Source: Octopus bimaculoides (lineage: Eukaryota). From it: a stretch of DNA of 58,349 nucleotides. The translations under genes and the position numbers were made by a program. The stretch's first letter is position 1. Every line of letters starts with the position of its first letter. This document shows, in pieces, positions 24,671-37,757 of the stretch. A model generated the notes under the pieces. That model worked only from the letters and a program-made list of their open reading frames with translations, made no database searches and was not told the origin of the DNA. Location: NCBI RefSeq assembly GCF_001194135.2, contig NC_068985.1, positions 52,258,583 to 52,316,931 of the forward strand, read 5' to 3'.

Positions 24671-25426
24671 GGCATATACCTATGGTAGAAAGACTTAGTT
24701 AAGTCACATCAACAGATAGCAAAATATAAAACATGATTCTCATATTCAAATAGGTCTTAGAAATATAAATTTATCGAAACAAGATGAACTGAGTGAACAT
24801 GAATTCAATTCCTCTGAACACCTACCCGACTTGCGATTTAAAGTCAACAATTTATAAGATTTATGTGGAGAACGTTGTTCGTTTCTTGCTAACTTAGCCA
24901 GTTCATTTCTTTTCATTTACAAATTCCATTTAATTCAGGAACAAAATACCGAAATATCGAAATATTGAAAATATACAAATGCATTGATTACATCTTCGAA
25001 ACTATGATCTGTATGTATGTATGTATGTATGTATGTATGTATGTATGTACCTTTATAAGTGCATGTATATATGTATATATATATNNNNNNNNNNNNNNNN
25101 NNNNNNNNNNNNNNNNNNNNNNNNNNNNNNNNNNNNNNNNNNNNNNNNNNNNNNNNNNNNNNNNNNNNNNNNNNNNNNNNNNNNNNNNNNNNNNNNNNNN
25201 NNNNNNNNNNNNNNNNNNNNNNNNNNNNNNNNNNNNNNNNNNNNNNNNNNNNNNNNNNNNNNNNNNNNNNNNNNNNNNNNNNNNNNNNNNNNNNNNNNNN
25301 NNNNNNNNNNNNNNNNNNNNNNNNNNNNNNNNNNNNNNNNNNNNNNNNNNNNNNNNNNNNNNNNNNNNNNNNNNNNNNNNNNNNNNNNNNNNNNNNNNNN
25401 NNNNNNNNNNNNNNNNNNNNNNNNNN

Positions 25427-25486
<60 letters not shown>

Positions 25487-26444
25487 TGTGTGTTTGTGCG
25501 TAAAGGTATGTACATATGTATATATTTGTGTGTTTGTTTGTTTGTGTGTGTCTGTACTGAGAGAGCGAGAAAGTGGAGGAGAAGAAAGGAAGACAGCGAA
25601 AGAAAGATGCAAAAGGAATGCCTATATTCATGTAGTTAACTGACATACCACACCGAGCCAAATCACATATAACTGCGGCTGCTACATTTCATAAAGTAAA
25701 GAGCTTCTTAGAACATAACAAACAATAAACAATAAAAATAAAGATGTGAAATAAACAACAACAATACTAGATTACGCAAAATATGGCCGCCGTGTATTTG
25801 GTATAACTCACTTCACATACTTTCCTTGTAGATCTACATTTCTTACTAACTTCCCTCTCAGGGATGTATAACGATTTTATCCCCACCCTCTCATAATTTC
25901 CTTCCTTTTCCTGCGATAAATAAAAGGAACAGAAAGATAATCTTATGATTTACGGTTTTTAAGCATTTAATAGTGTAACGTAAACTACTGAGTGAGTTGG
26001 CAGAGACGGTAAAGCATGTGTAACGGTATGTTTTATTGTTTATCCTGGCTCTTTTACATTATTAGTTCAAATCCCAGCAGATATGTAGGAGTACACTGAA
26101 CACCATTCCTGCTACATATCCTTGAGGTATGTAAACGAAGCTATTTCATTAGATCTGTTATTTTCATTACATCAACGGTTGACTCCGAAAATAAAAAAAT
26201 AAACGGAATAGAAAATGAATATCAATTGACAGAATTGGTAAAACACCAGAGAAAATATCTTAACAGTATTTAGTAACGTGCCAGCTTTGAGTTCAAATTC
26301 CACCGAGGACTTGAATTTCTTTTCACCATTTCGAGGGTCCCGTTGAACTGTTTTTAATTTAAGCACAATCAAGTTAATGTTATGGCTTCTGTACCTTAAT
26401 GACCCCGACGGCTATACTAGCAGAACACAAGCCCATGATAGAGC

Positions 26445-26859
26445 CAGGGACTGATTAAGACCTTAGAGGCCCTAAGCGTTTAAAAGACTTTGGTGCCCCC
26501 ATGTATGTGTAATTCAACATATAAACAATAAAAAACCTTAAAATAAATTGTTATTTTTCAAAATGAAACATAAGATGTAAAATAATGTTTATTTTTGTAT
26601 ACTTCCGCTTTATATTTGAAAATTTTTCTCTTTTTTTTTTAATTGGAAAATCTTCGGTCAGTTCCTCAAAATTAATCTTACGTAACAAATCTACTTCTAT
26701 ATTTAGTAAAGATAAGGCATCCCGAATATTATTTTAGCAAGTTTAAAGTGATTTCTTTTGTGCTGTAAACCATTTACTATCTCTGTGGTGCCATAGACAC
26801 GTGCTTCCCTTAATGCCCTAAGCACGTGCTTATTTTGCTTAATGGTTAATCCAGCGCTG
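26445..26859 (-). mobile_element. Non-autonomous hAT element with TIRs and 8-bp TSD
   Basis: TIRs CAGGGACTGATTAA / TTAATCCAGCGCTG; TSD GATAGAGC / GGTAGAGC (7/8); hAT C-terminal remnant DALSLLNIEVDLLRKINFEELTEDF. Confidence 0.85.
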
Positions 26860-26989
26860 GGTAGAGCCTCCCATTCTGAATAGATTAAAGGATAGAGATC
26901 AGATTAATATTGACCATCTCTATCTAGAAGAAAGCAAAGTTTTAGAAGTAGCGATGGCGATTCAAACGCTACAAGAGCTGAAAGATAAA

Positions 26990-27215
26990 GGTCTACCCTC
27001 AGAGAATCACATCAGACCTTGATCAGCAACCTACAAAGATTCTGGTAGAGAAGACACCCTAAAAATATCTGGAGGCAGAATTCTGAGCAGGAACTGAAAA
27101 TGCAGAGATCCAACTGGGGAGAGGCAGAAAAGACCGTGCAGAGTTAAGAGCAGCAAAGAAAAGTGGTCGATGGCCTATGTTCCACAAGTAGCAAAGGGTT
27201 TAAATAAAGTAAATA
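26990..27215 (+). mobile_element. RTE-clade LINE 3' end fragment
   Basis: HPKNIWRQNSEQELK...WGEAEKTVQS*...RKVVDGLCSTSSKGFK* followed by an AAGT/AAT tail. Confidence 0.8.
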
Positions 27216-27995
27216 ATTTTAAGGGAAGTGAGTTACTTGATATAATTGACCTAAGAACTAAAAGGATGAGAGTCACAGTTGACCTCCGTACGTTAAGAGC
27301 TGGAACAAATGCTGAAAGTTATTTTTTTTCCAAGGCCTTAAAGCTTTTACGAATCCATTGCATTTTGCATTTTGTCGGTCGATAAATTAATAGTGATAGA
27401 GCTTTTTCAACTAAACTGATCACACTACTCGTCGTCCTCATTAAAAGTGTGACCTTATGTCTATTGCTAGAAATCAACCGCCTTAAATTTCGAAATTGTA
27501 CTTGTCTGGCAAGAGTTTTACGCTATTACAGCGTGGTAAACGCATATTAATTGTTTCTAAAACACACAAAAACTGTTATGTTTACATAATCATTTATTAC
27601 GTGGAGTCAAAAATTTTCCTCGCACCGTCTATGGTCTGGTCATTGAATTATTCTATCAAGTAATAAATGATTATGTATAGTTAAAAGCGTTTTCAAATGC
27701 TAAAATGAATCTCTCACGCAATAATTGTTATATCCCTAAAGTAACCAAATAAAAGTTAACAATATTTTAATAGCGAAAGCAAAAATACCATTACTGCGTG
27801 GGCATGGTTATATGATACATTTATGCATGTGTTATATACAGTATGTTTGATAAACATCTATTTAGTCTCCCTGGGAAAATGTAACTTGTAGATAAAATAC
27901 AAAAGGCTGAGAGTAAGGACCGTTCAACAAGTTAACTCTTATGACTTGTCACAGATCACTTCCCGCTCTTCTAAAGTGTTAAAATCAGGGAGTAC

Positions 27996-28044
<49 letters not shown>

Positions 28045-28890
28045 TATGTATGTATATANNNNNNNNNNNNNNNNNNNNNNNNNNNNNNNNNNNNNNNNNN
28101 NNNNNNNNNNNNNNNNNNNNNNNNNNNNNNNNNNNNNNNNNNNNNNNNNNNNNNNNNNNNNNNNNNNNNNNNNNNNNNNNNNNNNNNNNNNNNNNNNNNN
28201 NNNNNNNNNNNNNNNNNNNNNNNNNNNNNNNNNNNNNNNNNNNNNNNNNNNNNNNNNNNNNNNNNNNNNNNNNNNNNNNNNNNNNNNNNNNNNNNNNNNN
28301 NNNNNNNNNNNNNNNNNNNNNNNNNNNNNNNNNNNNNNNNNNNNNNNNNNNNNNNNNNNNNNNNNNNNNNNNNNNNNNNNNNNNNNNNNNNNNNNNNNNN
28401 NNNNNNNNNNNNNNNNNNNNNNNNNNNNNNNNNNNNNNNNNNNNNNNNNNNNNNNNNNNNNNNNNNNNNNNNNNNNNNNNNNNNNNNNNNNNNNNNNNNN
28501 NNNNNNNNNNNNNNNNNNNNNNNNNNNNNNNNNNNNNNNNNNNNNNNNNNNNNNNNNNNNNNNNNNNNNNNNNNNNNNNNNNNNNNNNNNNNNNNNNNNN
28601 NNNNNNNNNNNNNNNNNNNNNNNNNNNNNNNNNNNNNNNNNNNNNNNNNNNNNNNNNNNNNNNNNNNNNNNNNNNNNNNNNNNNNNNNNNNNNNNNNNNN
28701 NNNNNNNNNNNNNNNNNNNNNNNNNNNNNNNNNNNNNNNNNNNNNNNNNNNNNNNNNNNNNNNNNNNNNNNNNNNNNNNNNNNNNNNNNNNNNNNNNNNN
28801 NNNNNNNNNNNNNNNNNNNNNNNNNNNNNNNNNNNNNNNNNNNNNNNNNNNNNNNNNNNNNNNNNNNNNNNNNNNNNNNNNNNNNNNNNN

Positions 28891-28960
28891 NAAGTTACAG
28901 GGACGTAAACACACAACCATCGGATGTCAAGCGATGTTGGGGGGGGAATACAGACACACA

Positions 28961-29032
<72 letters not shown>

Positions 29033-29210
29033 CACATATATATACGACTTCTTTCAGTTTCATCTAACAAATCCACTCACAAAGCTTTGGTTGGCCCGAC
29101 GCTATAGCAGAAGACACTTGCCCACGGTGCCACGCAGTGGGAATGAACCCGGAACCATGTGGTTGGTAAGCAAGCTACTTACCATACAGCCACTCTTGCG
29201 CCTATATGAA
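28891..29210 (-). mobile_element. SINE family C
   Basis: Head on the minus strand near 29200; internal (CA)n. Confidence 0.85.
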
Positions 29211-29471
29211 CTCCACAGAAATAAAAAAAGGCGACATTGCCCACGATAGGATGGGAAGGAACACTGGTCATAATGGAAACAAGAGTTATTGGTAGACCGG
29301 TACTCATCATCGTCATCATCATCACCTCATCATTATCATCATTGTCGTTGTCATCGGCATCATTCCCCTCTTTTCCCTCCACCTCCTTCACATCATCAAC
29401 ATCGTTGTTGTCATGGTCGTCGACATCGTTTGAAGTAAGTAGACAACCAGATTCCTTCTACATCTTGCAGT

Positions 29472-29507
<36 letters not shown>

Positions 29508-30769
29508 NNNNNNNNNNATATACATATATATATATATAATACTCATCTGTGGTGGTCCCACGATTGAGAAAATAAATTTAACTGTGGGCAAAATTTGAAT
29601 TGTTAGATGGATATTCAGAACGCAGAGAACCAGTTCAGATACTAAAAGACATCTCGCTGACAATCCTGTTTGAGAATATCAGACAGTTGAACTACTAAAT
29701 TCATTTGTAGATTTTAAAATGTTTATTGTTGAATCTTTTAAAGTCAAATACGATGTGGAGTAAACGACAAATTAATTTGATACTTATCGAATTTAGGTTA
29801 GTGGGTGTGTAGTTTAATGTTATGAACATTGTTTAATTAGAAATATCTATGCGATGAGAAAAAGACAGTATACGATCAATGCCTTGTGTCAATTTTGATA
29901 TATTTCTTTTAGAAAAAAAAAACAACAAAAATGGAAGATAATCCTCGATCTGTTTCAGATGTATTACTCATTAGACCTCCACAGCGGGGAATACAGTTTA
30001 TTATTTGAGCTTATGTTGTGATGAAAGAGTTACTGAACAGGTAATATTGTACACGAATATATGAGAAATTAGATATTAAAAACTAAAAACACAGAAGATT
30101 AACCAGAGTAGCTATCACATGACAAAAAACTAGTTGAGTTAATATTATTATATATAACGCAATAAGCACGAAATACCTTACCAAAAATACTAAAAGACTC
30201 ATCGTTATCTAATATTTATTTATTTAATAATATTTGTTTAATCCCCAACTATGTACACTCTGAAAAATGAGATGCAATGGCAAAGTGCAATGTCAGATCG
30301 AAAGTCATTGCTCACCGAATGATTGTTATACCTGCTTTTGATTACTCAGGTGTCAATTAAATAATCCCAGTAGTTATAAAAAATATCTCTCATCGTACTC
30401 TATATGAAGGTGTATAGTTTGTGCTATTGGTATACAACTTACGTTCGTAAAGTCATAAGTTCGATTCCGTGGTAACCAAGTTATGCTCGTTTGCAAGTGA
30501 TGGTTAACCGGTCTGATATAGAAAGGGAATGACAAATCTATCGAAACAGTACAGCTTTGAACTAAATTATCTTATACTTAGTCTTCAAATAATGCCGATA
30601 ACAACCTTGTTTTTATGTAACTTAGGTCAATAGAATAAATGCGAGTTATTTAATAGAGTTTAACAGCATGTATGTATGTATGTATGTGTGTATGTGTGCA
30701 CGTGCGTGTGTGTCTGTGTGCGTATGTATGTATGCGTGCGTGCCTACGTGTGTGTGTGTGTTCTCTTTT

Positions 30770-31260
30770 TCTGCTTAATTTAGAATAAATTTTGACCGGC
30801 CACCTATTTGATAGCGAAGTTGTAAAGGAAAGAATCCTGTTTTGTTCATCCTTTAAATTTTAAGAAGGTAATGCCGAATTTTATAGTCCCAGATATCATG
30901 ATCACTCGAAGAGTATGAATTAAAGATTTGCATTGTCTCCCCAAGATCCCAAGTTCAGCTATACTTTGTTCCAGACGGGTTAATATGTATTCTGTTGCTC
31001 CAATAATAGGTATGAAGCTGAAAGTGTGTCTTGGGTACTGGATTTGCAAATTCCTTATCAATGACCCATAGATATCTTTTTGTATTTTTCTAACAACGCT
31101 AGTGTTCAGAGGGTAGGTGATTTTCATAACAGAACTTATCTTCTCTTTGTGGTCCCACACAACATCTGGCCTCTTGTCTTTTAACTTGGTGGCTGTTTTT
31201 ATTTTCAAGTTCCACAAATATTCTTTTGACCAATCGTTCAACACATAAAGAACGGCACTT
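30770..31260 (-). mobile_element. R4/Dong-like LINE 3' fragment with REL endonuclease motif
   Basis: WNLKIKTATKLKDKRPDVVWD...IYGSLIRNLQIQYP...FIPIIG...SGTIKF...FLKFKG*; 5' junction is a (TACA)n tract. Confidence 0.85.
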
Positions 31261-31335
31261 GTGTATGTATGTATGTATGTATGTATGTATGTATGTATGT
31301 ATGTATGTATGTATGTATGATAGTATGTATGTATG

Positions 31336-31436
31336 TCATTGTTCAGTTTTATTTCAAGATTTCTTGCCAATAGAGAAAGAGCCAGTTTCTCACCAAGATC
31401 CAAGGCTCCTTCATTTGAGTTTCAACATCAACAACA
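31336..31436 (-). mobile_element. ~100-bp extreme 3' end of the same LINE type as 9975-10444
   Basis: GGC(T/C)CTTTCTCTATTGGCAAGAAATCTTG..ATAAAACTGAA..ATGA followed by (TACA)n, shared with 9975-10070. Confidence 0.85.
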
Positions 31437-31459
31437 AAGTATTTTTGTTTGTATGTATG

Positions 31460-31645
31460 TCTCTTCTATTTTTTGATTAACATAAATCTTTCACTGAGGA
31501 GTGAGCCGGTTTCCAACAAAGATACTTGGTTCCATCTTTGAGATATAGTTAACACAGAGAAATTCACATTTGCATACTTTTACTGTGCCACTCGCAGATT
31601 GCCTTAGTATTGTATGAATTAGCCAGTCGATTTCTTTTTCCATGT
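31460..31645 (-). mobile_element. R4/Dong-like LINE 3' fragment (second subfamily)
   Basis: EKEIDWLIHT...SGTVKVCK plus a 3' UTR homologous to 31900-32085 in the opposite orientation. Confidence 0.8.
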
Positions 31646-31704
31646 ATACATACATACATGCATACATACATACATATATACATACATACATGCATGCATA
31701 CATA

Positions 31705-32085
31705 AATATCTCTTTGAAAATCAAAGAAAAAGAAGATATCTATGGAAAACTGCTTCGAAACCTCCAGCTTCTATACCCAGACTATGAATTCATATTCATA
31801 CCAATAATAATTGGAGCACTAGGTTTTGTAAGTAAATGCTTAAAAAAGAGTCTGGATAAACTGGGATTTTCAGAAAGAGAATTCGACCGGCTAATTCGTA
31901 CATTACAAGAGTAATCTTTGAGTGAAACAGTAAAAATATGCAAGACTTTTCTCAAGTTCCAAATGTGAATTTCTCTGTGTTAACTACATCCCAGAGATAG
32001 AGCTTTGTAACTTTGTTGGAAACCGGCTCTCTTCTTAGTGGAAGATTTATAATAATAGAAGATTTATAATAATAGAAGAGATACA
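31705..32085 (+). mobile_element. R4/Dong-like LINE 3' fragment (second subfamily)
   Basis: ISLKIKEKEDIYGKLLRNLQLLYPDYEFIFIPIIIGALGFV...ETVKICKTFLKFQM*; (TACA)n on both sides. Confidence 0.88.
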
Positions 32086-32297
32086 TAAATACATACATAT
32101 ATATATATCTTTATATATATATATANNNNNNNNNNNNNNNNNNNNNNNNNNNNNNNNNNNNNNNNNNNNNNNNNNNNNNNNNNNNNNNNNNNNNNNNNNN
32201 NNNNNNNNNNNNNNNNNNNNNNNNNNNNNNNNNNNNNNNNNNNNNNNNNNNNNNNNNNNNNNNNNNNNNNNNNNNNNNNNNNNNNNNNNNNNNNNNN

Positions 32298-32536
32298 NGA
32301 AGCCCGCCGTATATATATATGTATTTGTGTCTGTTTGTTTCTCCTGCCATACTCCACCGCCTGACAACCGGTATTGGTGTGTTTATGTCCCCATAACGTA
32401 GCGGTTCGGGCAAAGAGATCGATAGAATAAGTACCAGGCTTAAAAACATGTACTATGGTCGATGCATTCGACTATAAATTCTTCAAGGCTGTGCCCCAGC
32501 ATGGCCGCAGTCGCATGACCGAAATAAGTAAAAGAT

Positions 32537-32540
<4 letters not shown>
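32298..32540 (+). mobile_element. SINE family C 3' half
   Basis: GAAGCCCGCCG...GATAGAATAAGTACCAGG...GTGCCCCAGCATGGCCGCAG. Confidence 0.85.
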
Positions 32541-32573
<33 letters not shown>

Positions 32574-32949
32574 GTAAACATCAACCGTTTGAATATATAT
32601 AGTAGCAGCAATTGTAGTAGTTGTTGTAGTAGCAGCAGCAATAGTAGTAGTAGTAGTAGTGGTAGTTGTAGTTGTTTTCATGAAAATAGTTCCATCAATA
32701 TTATCAACAACAACAACAACAACATCGATGATCCTGCATTATTTATTTATAAAGGCGGCTACTGTCACCTTTGAAAGAACTATTGTTACACCCTAATTTG
32801 ACACCCCCCACCAACGTCATCATCATCCCCATTAAATTGTAGGTCCCGTCACCAGACAACAGCAATAACAACGTAGCTTGAGGTTGGTTGAGTTGCTCTG
32901 GACGTATTTGAATATTATAAAACCTCAACTTTCTTTGACTTGTTTCCAG

Positions 32950-32997
32950 CGTCAACTCGTTAATTCAGGACCTTGTTCACGGCAATATGGCGAGGGG
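32950..32997 (+). CDS. Candidate 48-nt internal exon (unverified)
   Basis: Acceptor CTTTCTTTGACTTGTTTCCAG| and donor G|GTGCGT; open frame VNSLIQDLVHGNMAR; sits in non-repetitive sequence. Confidence 0.3.
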
Positions 32998-33334
32998 GTG
33001 CGTGGGAATCATTAAGATGTGTCTTTATCTTCAGTTTAGCCGTCTTTTTATCCCTTTTGTTGTGTGTTATCTATTATCCATGAGATTCGCCTTTCCTTTT
33101 CATACGTAGATGTAATTTCTCCTCCCCCTTGTGGGCAGTTCAGTTCGTTTTCAGCTACACTAACGGTTTTGTGGAGTTTGTTTTATTTTCCTTTTCTCCA
33201 AAGTTAACACAAAAATGTGACAGTAATGCCACCCTACCTACGCACTACAGTTAACCTTTGCTTTAACCATCGATAAATATAGGGTGCAGTCAACTAATTT
33301 TGTGTCAAAATTCAAAAAGAAATACATCAACTAT

Positions 33335-33700
33335 TAGGCGTGGCTGTGTGGTAATGGAGTTTTCATCCCGACCTTGTGAGCTTGGGTTCAATCCTACTGC
33401 ATGGCACCTTGAACAAGTTTTTTCTACTATAGCTTCGGACCGACCATTGCATCTAGCGGAAAGGATTATTATTGTTATTAAGTTGGCCACCTGGTAAAAT
33501 CTATAGAGCGTTGGACAAAATTCTTAACAGCATTTTTACCGGCCGTTTACGTTTTGACTTCATGTTCTGTCAAAGTCAGTTTTGCCTTTCTCCGAGAGTC
33601 GAGAAAATATAGTATCATAAGCACCAATAAAGAAAACTGAAGTCAATGATAAGGTCTAAGCCCACTCCCTTCAAAACTGCTGGATTTGTATCTAAATAAG
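33335..33700 (+). mobile_element. Diverged SINE C head followed by a diverged SINE B
   Basis: GGCGTGGCTGTGTGGTAA...GGTTCAATCC, then AGTTTTGCCTTTC core. Confidence 0.6.
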
Positions 33701-34562
33701 AAATCATTTTAAAGGTAAACCAGGATAAAGATGGTAAAAGACATAAGTAAATAAAAACCAGTTATTTACATACACTACATCTATTGATGGCCTGATTTCA
33801 AAACTAGTCAACAATAGGGCTTTCTTTCTTTATTCCGAGACCAATAAAATAAATACTACCATGTACTGAAATTGATTAAACTGACAACAATCTGCTGACT
33901 AAAAAGAAAAGGATGGCTTGTGATGCATAGAAATATATATTATAGTAAAAGACAGTGGTTTGTAAATAAAATGACTAGATCACTAACTCTCTATATCGAG
34001 AGTTCATCTAAAACTTAGATGAACACTCGACCGAAATTCATCTAAATATCGATTTGAACCGGTCTTATCCTTAGTAAAAAATAAACAAAAACAGAAAAAC
34101 AATTGTATTTGGAGGGAACTGCCGCGCTGTGATAAGTTCAGATTCTGGAATTTTTAAAATCACCTACTGTGGTTCTCAAACAGCGCGTTGCAACATGTTA
34201 ATACGTCAAATGTAGATACAGAAACATCAAGCTAGCAAAAAAAATCTGTGATTGGTATTGTACTCTGGGTAATCCGGGTAATCCGGCATCAAAGTCTGTC
34301 ACTAGTCAAATTTGTATACCTATATGGTTCCATTATCAAGTTAAGATGTTATGTTGTTCCCAGAGTGATGTAGAAAAGAGACAGCTATAGTGGGTTGTAT
34401 TCATCTATTTATCAGAGGATTAGCGTTGGGTGGGTTCACGGTTAAGTCCTATCAACTGATCGATTGATCGACTGAAAATATAAGGAACCGCCACCTTAGT
34501 ATATCTTCTTCAGAACCGCGTGTATGTGTGTGCGTGTGTGTACCTGTGTCTGTGTGTATAGA

Positions 34563-34712
34563 TACAAGGGGGTGCTGAAAAGTTCCTGGGTTTAAGAGTA
34601 TTGGGAAAGGCCTGGCTCGAGGCTCAACCTTCCTAGTTCTTTTACAGGGCTTAGAAAAAAATGAAGGATCGCTGCAATAACTGTGTGAATTTGAGAGGAG
34701 AATATGTTAAAT
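34563..34712 (+). mobile_element. Mariner-derived short element (TIR joined to the transposase C-terminus)
   Basis: TA-CAAGGGGGTGCTGAAAAGTTCCTGG, then QGLEKMKDRCNNCVNLRGEYVK. Confidence 0.75.
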
Positions 34713-35276
34713 ACCTCCTCAAATGCAAANNNNNNNNNNNNNNNNNNNNNNNNNNNNNNNNNNNNNNNNNNNNNNNNNNNNNNNNNNNNNNNNNNNNNNN
34801 NNNNNNNNNNNNNNNNNNNNNNNNNNNNNNNNNNNNNNNNNNNNNNNNNNNNNNNNNNNNNNNNNNNNNNNNNNNNNNNNNNNNNNNNNNNNNNNNNNNN
34901 NNNNNNNNNNNNNNNNNNNNNNNNNNNNNNNNNNNNNNNNNNNNNNNNNNNNNNNNNNNNNNNNNNNNNNNNNNNNNNNNNNNNNNNNNNNNNNNNNNNN
35001 NNNNNNNNNNNNNNNNNNNNNNNNNNNNNNNNNNNNNNNNNNNNNNNNNNNNNNNNNNNNNNNNNNNNNNNNNNNNNNNNNNNNNNNNNNNTACAAATAA
35101 ACAGAATCTTCACCTTACCAAAACGAACACGCATGTATCCGGCCAAGCAAAGGGAATGATGCTTATCCATATACATCGGTAAACAAGCGGGAATCTTTCT
35201 GAGTTGTTCTCGGTACACGTGTAAAATCCGGAATAGAATTCAGCATTGAATATATTCCGGATATATATTTTTGGTT

Positions 35277-35312
<36 letters not shown>

Positions 35313-35419
35313 GTTTATGAATTTATGTTGCAAGATTCCTGATGTGAAGTCGTGTGCTGAAACAAATATTGTTGTATTTCGGGATGGTCATTTTTTCTTT
35401 TTACCAAATAAACATACGC

Positions 35420-36180
35420 ACTGTATATTTGTTCTTCACTAGATTATTACTGCTCTTATTCTAACTCATGTCCATTGTCCGGATAGGAGATTCAAAGAGA
35501 AATTAGCAGTGAACTCCATAATCCTAAGCATATAATTCCGCTATGTGGATGATATCAACATAGTAGCTAAAACACCTCTACAAGAAAACGTTGATGATCT
35601 AGAATCTAACACTATGGAGAGCATCCAGCAAATAGCTAACTTCATCCATCAGCGTATCAAAGTAACGATAGACTACCCTAACATGCACCCTAACTATAGG
35701 CTACCAGTTTTAGACACGGTATTCTGGATAAAAACCAAGAACAATAAGATCCAGATCCTTCATTCCCATTATGCCAAACCCATGGCGTCTAAATACCTTG
35801 TCCACTAGAACACAACTATGGCGGACAACTCCAAGTTCAATATTCTCATAGCTGACTTGGTGAGAGTGATAAGGAATGTGCGACCCTATGGAATTGGAAA
35901 GACACATACAACACTTAATCCACCGTATGCAATTCTCTGGCTACATCCAAAGAGACAGGATTAGAGTGTGCAAAAGATCCAGGGCTAAGAACAAAGCCAT
36001 CATAGAGAGTGAGGCAAAGGGGATCTGCCCACTATACAGGAGTAAATCCTGGAACAGTGCAGAAAAGACCAGAAAAAAGATAGATAAGGCCAACTCATGG
36101 TATGATAACAAAAAATACCTGAGAGTCATGTTCGTTGATGCTACCCCTGGCGGCGAACAAGCATACCTTTTTAGAAAAAA
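35420..36180 (+). mobile_element. Penelope-like reverse transcriptase fragment (YVDD to thumb), with stops and frameshifts
   Basis: DRRFKEKL...FRYVDDINI (YVDD 35542-35553), IKVTIDYP...RLPVLD, HSHYAKPMAS, MQFSGY, PLYRSKSW, VMFVDATP. Confidence 0.88.
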
Positions 36181-36225
36181 ACATCAGATAAATTATTACC
36201 ATGTAGGATTTCATCACACAGGAAA

Positions 36226-36290
36226 CCATCCTGATGAGGGAGGCATTATATTTCTGTATTTGGAATACTTAATATGCTCGAATCTGAATA
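36226..36290 (+). ncRNA. Decayed hammerhead-like motif 3' of the PLE RT
   Basis: CTGATGA 36231-36237; GAG(G)CAT...ATGCTC pairing; GAAT instead of GAAA. Confidence 0.3.
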
Positions 36291-37033
36291 TATTAATTTT
36301 ATCAACCTATTTATCTACATATTTACCCTTGAATTTTTAAATTTCTTAACTCTCATCCGACATTTCGCATAAACATCAAATTCTTTATTGATTTGAACAG
36401 ATCCTTTTGGAAGCCCTTACCTCGAATTTTTATCTCTTTATTTGTCACTCCTCAATTCGGTACCTGAACCCAACGTACATGATGCATAATTTTCATATAT
36501 GACTTTTACATGTAATTTTGTTCAATAATTTTGTTCAATAATTTATAAATCTATATGCATATTTATTTGATTGGCTGTTTAAAATTATGCTGTAAATTTC
36601 TATTGGTTGCCTGGATTTGCTCCTTCTAAGATTTCCCTTNNNNNNNNNNNNNNNNNNNNNNNNNNNNNNNNNNNNNNNNNNNNNNNNNNNNNNNNNNNNN
36701 NNNNNNNNNNNNNNNNNNNNNNNNNNNNNNNNNNNNNNNNNNNNNNNNNNNNNNNNNNNNNNNNNNNNNNNNNNNNNNNNNNNNNNNNNNNNNNNNNNNN
36801 NNNNNNNNNNNNNNNNNNNNNNNNNNNNNNNNNNNNNNNNNNNNNNNNNNNNNNNNNNNNNNNNNNNNNNNNNNNNNNNNNNNNNNNNNNNNNNNNNNNN
36901 NNNNNNNNNNNNNNNNNNNNNNNNNNNNNNNNNNNNNNNNNNNNNNNNNNNNNNNNNNNNNNNNNNNNNNNNNNNNNNNNNNNNNNNNNNNNNNNNNNNN
37001 NNNNNNNNNNNNNNNNNNNNNNNNNNNNNNNNN

Positions 37034-37064
<31 letters not shown>

Positions 37065-37074
37065 GCGTGTGTGT

Positions 37075-37231
37075 ATACGACAGGCTTCTTTCAGTTTCCG
37101 TCTATCAAATCCACTCACTAAGCTTTGGTTGGCCCGAGGCTGTAGTAGAAGACACCGATGTGGCGGGGAAGCAAACTTCTTACCACACAGCTACTCCCGT
37201 GCCTCGGAAAATTTTCTTAACGCTATATGTA

Positions 37232-37265
<34 letters not shown>

Positions 37266-37714
37266 TATGTATGTGTGCTCCCGCCCATTTGTATCCTATT
37301 AGAACACGGAAAGCTTCAACTTGCATTCGCAACAAACGACGTCATACAAAGGATCAGTTTGCAATCAATACAGAGGACCTACTATACTGATCACGTGATT
37401 GAGAAATTCATAAGAGCTGGGATGGGAAATTTACAAGACGTTGTGAAAAGAAAGGATGAGTGAGTGAATGTGTGTGTGAGTGCGTGTGTGTGTGCATGTG
37501 TGCGTGTATGCGTGTGGCTTGGTTGGGTTGGTGCAGCTTTGAACCAATGCTCGCCTTCCATTTACCTGATAGAGATATTGTACCAGGAAACGTAACCGCA
37601 GTGGTAGTTTATACGGACATACGCTGGCTCCGTTATAACCCATTATAGTAAGATTTACAGGAGTGTCAAAGTTTGCTGATATGGGTATATATATATATGT
37701 ATATATATATGAGT

Positions 37715-37757
<43 letters not shown>

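Noticed and set aside
37270-37463. Short open frame RISLQSIQRTYYTDHVIEKFIRAGMG
   Set aside because: No recognisable family or convincing splice sites; length is compatible with chance
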